This document shows, one piece after another, positions 57,758 to 64,000 of a stretch of DNA of 64,000 bases (position 1 is the stretch's first letter; each line of letters opens with the position of its first letter). This stretch comes from Octopus vulgaris. Taxonomy: Eukaryota. The stretch covers positions 34,348,001 to 34,412,000 of the forward strand of contig OX597821.1 in the NCBI GenBank assembly GCA_951406725.2, read 5' to 3'. The position numbers and the translations under genes were made by a program. The notes under the pieces were generated by a model that did no database searches, was not told the origin of the DNA, and was given only the letters and a program-made list of their open reading frames with translations.

Positions 57758-60639
57758 CGTGTAATACCTATTTTGTTTGTGTATATCTAAGTGTTGTAGG
57801 CTGTGTGCGTACATCAGCATGTGTATGAATGTATGTGTAATATGTGTGTGTGTGCACGCTGTATGTTATGTGTGCGTGTGTGTAATATGTATGTGTATGG
57901 TGTTCATTGTGTGTATGTATGTATGCGTGTATGTATGTATGTATGCGTGTATGTATGTATGCGTGTATGTATGTCTTTTTGTATTTATATACAGTGTCTG
58001 TTTGTATATGAATGTGATAGACATGTAATGTGTATGCCTGTCTGCCCCTCTTAGTGTGTTTATTGTCAGTGATGTATGTGTTAGCTTTTCTGTATGTGTA
58101 TATGCAATGTGTGTGTAGGTATGTAAAATATGCGACTTACACTATCTAAACAATTGTATATTGGATGCATTTATATGAGTGTTTGAAATATTTGATGTAT
58201 TGTGATGTATGTGCATTGTGTGTATATATGCATTGTATACGTTTTATGTGTGTGTGTGTATGTGTATGGGACTCTTATTGTATTTCGACTGTTTTTTTCT
58301 GTGTATTGTGGATATGCATTGTAAGCACTTGTGCGTGTGCATTGTGTTGTTATTGTATTTAGACATTGTGATGTGAGTGAGTATTGATTGCTAATGTGTA
58401 ATGTGCAAGTGATGTATCTTGTCTCTACAAACTCATCACCGCCATAGTTTTATCGTGTGTATATATGTGTAAAACAGGGCGATGTGTAACTTATACCATA
58501 GTTACGCTATCGTATATTTCAATATGTGTACGTTGTTGTTGTTATTGTTGTGTGTGTGTGTTTCATATATTGTTCCAAAATGGAGTATTTTGCCTTTAAA
58601 TAATTCAAAGAAGCAGACGATCTATTTTTATTTTATTTATTTTTTTATTATCCTCTTCCCGCCTTTCTATTCTGCTAACAATGAGTAAAAGCGAATTCCT
58701 TCCTTTAATACTTGTGTTTATTTCTGTTATTATTAGTTTCGTTTAACTATGTACGATATTCATTGATTTCATCTAGTTTCTAACTTCGGCACAACACTCA
58801 TTCATTTTTCTTTTTTTTATGCACGAGAAGAATTTTTGTAAATTAAAGTCATCAATGTATATTACTGGTACCTGTATCATTAATGGATGGGATAATAGTT
58901 ATTATCTCATGGATGGGATAATAGTTATTAGAATTGGCAAGCTGGTGACAGTCTCTCGGCAATAATCATATTAGCAATAAAAATAAGAGGCATACCTTGT
59001 GTCGGTCATGGTGGTTTAACGCCATGCCATGTTGGTCTCGACCAAGTCAGTCAACTGTTAAACGCATTCTAGTCGTAATCACATCTACCTTTTATTTTTG
59101 TGTCAGTGTATCTAGGACTATTTTATCAAATCTGTAAAAGCCGATTTGATTGCTGTTTCTGACAGGTAGAGTAACCTTGTAGACGATTCCTCGTTGGTTT
59201 GGGTTATGTATTGTTGCTGAGATCTAGAGCAGCTCATATCAAGCAGATTGAAAGCATTTTATCCGTGTACTCCCTGTTTTATATGCTGCCACTGTATAAT
59301 CTAGGACTATATTATCCATTGCATTCTTCCTTTTTGGTAACGGTAGGGAGTGGTTTTTTTTTGGGGGGGGGGGGAATTTGGTTGCTGTTTCTAGCAAGTC
59401 GAGAGACCATGTAGAGGCTGCCTCATTAATTACAGTCTATGTCTATATCGTGATATGATTGATCTCTCTACGTTGTAAGATGAATCAAACTAACATTTTA
59501 GGTGTGGTCCTGTGTCGTAGTGATAGAATAAAGTTTAGTGGAAAGATAAAAAACAACGTCAGTCAATGGAATCTGATTTCGATACACAGATAGAGAGCAT
59601 CTGGAGCGCATCTTGTCTAGTGATATAAAATTTCTCTTATAGGCACAGAACCAGGACATTGTTGGAGGAGAGGCAAGAAACTATTGTTAATTGAATTTTT
59701 GTCAAGCCTGAGAGGAGTAAAAAGCAAATTCAGTCTTCGTGGGATTTTGAATCGGAGTGTAAAATGTTATAACTAGATACATCAACGCATTCTGTTTGGG
59801 GTTACTGTCTGAGGAAAGGGCTGAACGTTGCAACATCTCGTGTGCGACCTGCAGGAGTTTTTCTTCTAATTTTCTGTTTCATGTGTGTATGTGTGTGTGT
59901 TTGAGTCTTTGTATCTGTATTTATCCACCACCACCACGACCACGAGCACCAAGACCACCATCACCACCACGACCATGAGCACCAAGACCACCATCACCAC
60001 CACCTCCAGTGCTGGTGTGTTTATGTCCCTGTAACATAGCGGTTAGCAAAAGAGATTGATAGAATAAGTACCAGGCTTTAAAAACAAAAAGTACTGAGGT
60101 CGATTTATTCAACTAAAAATTCCTCAAGGCGGTGCCCCAGCATGGCCACAGTCTAATGACTGAAACAAGCAAAAGGAAAGGGAAAAAGGAAAAAGATATT
60201 CTCTCTTTGCAGCCTGGTATCAAATGATTTGTGGCCCAGTGGTTGGGGATTACTCATGCATCATGTTGAAGAAATGGCAAAGTTTCCGGAGAATATGAAC
60301 TGAGAACAGGTTTTGTCAGATCATGCAAGTTCACTTTATTTTTAATTACGTTACTAATGATCATGGGAAATGCATGAACATTACCACATCTCATTTCTCT
60401 GCAGAGTTCAAAAACTGAGTTCAGATCCTTGCTGGGTGTCAGCTTTGCCAACCACTGGTGCAGCCTTCTGGCTTCACAGACCCCAGTTGAACCGTCCAAC
60501 CCATGCCAGCATGGAAAGCGGACGCTAAACGTTGATGATGATGATGATGACATTCTGTGCTTATAAAATAGTAACTCATTGTTAATTATCATGTGCACAA
60601 ACTCAGAGCTTAATTGATCTATTCTAATTTCCATAACAG

Positions 60640-61450
60640 TGCAAGTATCTGCAATATATATTAATAGATGTACTTTTGGTGCTTCTATTTATGTACATAT
60701 TTGAGTGTATATGCATAGCTGTGGCCTGTGCTCTCTGACTGGCTCCTGTTCTGGTGGCACGTAAAATGCATCATCCGAATGTAATTGATGCCAGAGTCCC
60801 CTGACAGGCTCCTGTGCCAGCAGCACATAAAAATGCACCATTTGAATGTGATCGATGTCAGGCCTGCATGTAAAAAAAAAAAGCACCTGCTACACTCTTG
60901 GAGTGGTTGGCGTTAGGAAGGGCAGCCTGCTGTAGAAACATTGCCAGATCAGATTAGAGCCTGGTGCAGCCACTGGCTCTCTAGACTTCATTCAAGCCAT
61001 TCAACCCATGCCAGCATGGAAAACAGACGTCAAATGATGATGATGATGATGATGATGATGATAATGATGTATTGATGAACCTGTAATATATATATTAATA
61101 GATGTACTACTCAATGGATGTTCTTATTTATGTACATATTTTGGTGTATATGTACATATTATGTATGATATGTATATATTGATGAACCTGCAACATATAT
61201 TAATAGATGTACTACTCATTGGGTGTTTTATTTATGTACATATTTGAGTGTATATTTACATATTATGTATTTTGTATTATATGTGTACATACATACACAT
61301 ACACACGCACGCACATACATATACATATTGATGAACATGCAACATATATATAAGTAGATGTACTACTCTCATTGAATGTTTTTATTTATGTACATATTTG
61401 GGTGTATATGTGCATATTATGTATTATGTGTGTGTATATTGATGAACCTC
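60640..61450 (+). repeat. ~110-bp AT-rich tandem repeat interrupted by a SINE C copy (60715-61067)
   Basis: Unit ATTGATGAACCTGCAACATATATTAATAGATGTACT...TATTTATGTACATATTTG at about 60645, 61071, 61178 and 61327. Confidence 0.7.
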
Positions 61451-61720
61451 TTGAGCATAATAAAAATCAATGAAACCATATCAAAAATTAGAACAAATAT
61501 ATCTAAACATCGTTTAATGCAACCTAATGGAAAACAATTAATGCAAGCAAATATATAGACACATAATCCTTTCTAATATAATCGCAACGCCTGACATTTG
61601 AAGGAGGGGGATAGTTGATTATATCGACCCCAGTACTCAACTGGTACTTATTCTATCGACCCTGAAAGGATGAAAGGCAAAGTGGATCTTGGTGGAATTT
61701 GAACTCAGAACATAAAGACA

Positions 61721-61914
61721 GGCGTAGAAGTGGCTGTGTGGTAAGTAGTTTGCTTACCAACCACATGGTTCTGGGTTCAGTCCCACTGCGTGTCACCTTG
61801 GGCAAGTGTCTTCTACTATAGACTATAGCCTCGGGCTGACCAAAGCCTTGTGAGTGGATTTAGTTGACGGAATCTGAAAGAAGCCCGTCGTATATATGTA
61901 TGTATATATATATA

Positions 61915-61973
<59 letters not shown>

Positions 61974-62211
61974 GTATGTATGTGTGTGTGTGTGTATGTT
62001 TGTGTGTCTGTGTTTGTCCCCCCCAACATCGCTTGACAACCGATGCTGGTGTGTTTACGTCCCCATAACTTAGTGGTTTGGCAAGAGAGACCGATAGAAT
62101 AAGTACTAGGCTTACAAAGAATAAGTCCTGGGGGTCAATTTGCTCGACTAAAGGCGGTGCTCCAGCATGGCCACAGTCAAATGGCTGAAACAAGTAAAAG
62201 AGTAAAGAGTA
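61721..62211 (+). mobile_element. SINE family B, full length, nested in a (-) SINE A
   Basis: Complete head, CORE-like segment, (TA)n(TG)n and tail. Host SINE A at about 61590-61720 resumes at 62210-62258. Confidence 0.9.
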
Positions 62212-62514
62212 AGCATTTTGCTCGGCATGTTAACAATTCTGCCAGCTCACCGCCTTGAATGTATAAACACACAGTGACTAACTCTTGTGCTCAATACTGC
62301 TGTAATATGTGTCAGATAATTTTTGAATGCATTTGCTGCTGGATACAGTTTCACCTTCTTTCTGGTTGATTACTTGTTAAAATATAGTGTAGCTCACTTT
62401 CAACAACCAAATGGTTGTTTCTGCTTTATGATTTGAATTTGTATTTTGAATTTATGTCTAAGTGAATTAAAGAAATAAGTTAGCTGGAACATCTAACTTG
62501 AAGACATAGAGTAT

Positions 62515-62515
62515 A

Positions 62516-62574
<59 letters not shown>

Positions 62575-62627
62575 ATATATATGTATATATATGTGTGTAT
62601 ATATATATATGTATATATATATATATG

Positions 62628-62694
<67 letters not shown>

Positions 62695-62721
62695 GTATAT
62701 ATATATATGTATATATATATG

Positions 62722-62783
<62 letters not shown>

Positions 62784-62859
62784 TGTATATATATATGTAT
62801 ATATATATGTATATATATATGTATGTATATATATGTATATATATATATATATATGTATA

Positions 62860-62946
<87 letters not shown>

Positions 62947-62947
62947 T
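62515..62947. repeat. (TA)n/(TATG) microsatellite
   Basis: Visible directly in the sequence. Confidence 0.97.
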
Positions 62948-63293
62948 GAGGGAATAAAATCCAAAACTTACAAGGAAAAAAAATTCAATTTAGGAGTACT
63001 AAATCAAATTTCACACAATATAATATATATATATAAAAAATTAGAAAAAACCTACCTTTTATCAATTCAAAATGAACAATTAAATTACATCATCCAGAAA
63101 ATTACATATAATAGAAATATTAACATTAAAATAATAAGCAAATGTCAAAGATTAAGTAAATTGCAAAATATAATAATAATAATAACTTATATATATACTG
63201 GAGTAAGCACATAAATGTGAAACAAGGTGGAAAAAAGAGTACCAGAGATAGACTAATATGCTTTATTTAAAAGCAGCAGAAATATAACAAAAG

Positions 63294-63331
63294 CTGTTAC
63301 TCAGAGTTTCACATTCCCGTTCGTCGGACAG
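63294..63331 (-). ncRNA. Minimal type I hammerhead ribozyme (C4 variant) in a Penelope-like fragment at ~63197-63335
   Basis: Minus strand CUGU-CCGACGA-ACG(GGAA)UGU-GAAA-CUCUGAG-UA-ACAG, with a GUA cleavage triplet. Confidence 0.6.
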
Positions 63332-63369
63332 TTTTGTTTTGTAGACCATACTCACTTAATTACACAAAG

Positions 63370-63484
63370 AGGAGTCAGAGTTGGAATCAGGGGTGCCAAT
63401 GGTGTTGGAGTTGGAGTCAGGGGTGCCAATGGTATCGGAGTTGGAGTTGGAGTTGAAATATTTTGTTTCAACTCCACAGTCCTG
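63370..63484. mobile_element. Right end of a hAT MITE with GGAGT(C/T) subterminal repeats
   Basis: GGAGTT/GGAGTC repeats ending in CAACTCCACAGTCCTG. Confidence 0.5.
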
Positions 63485-63813
63485 CTCTCTTTGTGTGAGG
63501 CTTCTTCACATAAGCAATTTTGTATGCATCAATGTATGAAGCCTACTGTATTGCACTGGTGTTATTTTCATAGAAAGCTTTTGTGGAGTCGAAATGCTGT
63601 TAATTTGAAACTGATAACAGAGATAATCTTCATCCCATTTGGCTAAATTTGGATGATATCTTTGTAAACGAGGTTTATATTTCGCAGGGTTAATTAAGTC
63701 ATTAGCCAGCGTTTGCAACATAGCAATGCAGCCTTGTCTGTACTCAACTATAATAACCATGCATACACAAACTTGTACACACATGTACACACTCTCACAC
63801 GCAAACACATTAA

Positions 63814-64000
63814 CCCTTTAGTGTTCACATTATTCTGCCAAAATTAATGCTTCTTCATCTACATTGTTTTGAACTAATCATGCATTATCTTGTAGCTATG
63901 AGATTTTGATGAGGTAGCTGTTAATTTTTTTAAACAATATTGTAGAGTTGGTGTGAGAGACCAGATAGGGCTAGTTTGAACATAAAACAGGTAGAATATT
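63814..64000. mobile_element. piggyBac-like MITE, left end
   Basis: TTAA|CCCTTTAG start; the other end would lie outside the window. Confidence 0.45.

Overview
AT-rich eukaryotic non-coding DNA, intronic or intergenic. The repeat families resemble those I recall from octopus (coleoid cephalopod) genomes; this is an inference. No intact protein-coding gene is supportable, and nearly all ORFs in the track are microsatellite or triplet-repeat artefacts. The window is a mosaic of at least five SINE-like families, non-autonomous DNA transposons (several with readable TSDs), decayed coding relics and long microsatellite fields. The DNA transposons are six copies of a GGATCTTTTC-ended MITE plus a relative, and hAT, Mutator-like, Tc1/mariner, piggyBac-like and Helentron/DINE-like elements. 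The coding relics are a Gypsy-type integrase, two R4/Dong-like LINEs, a CR1-like LINE end, a hAT transposase and a tRNA-Asp pseudogene. The most striking signal is a set of four mutually unrelated, ORF-less elements beside TA-repeat tracts, each carrying a minimal type I hammerhead ribozyme fold with a different core. Two are fold-back palindromes: one of about 1.8 kb with an unusually long stem II, and one of about 0.26 kb with a compensated G3:C8 core swap. They are consistent with Penelope-like pseudo-LTR or retrozyme-type elements.
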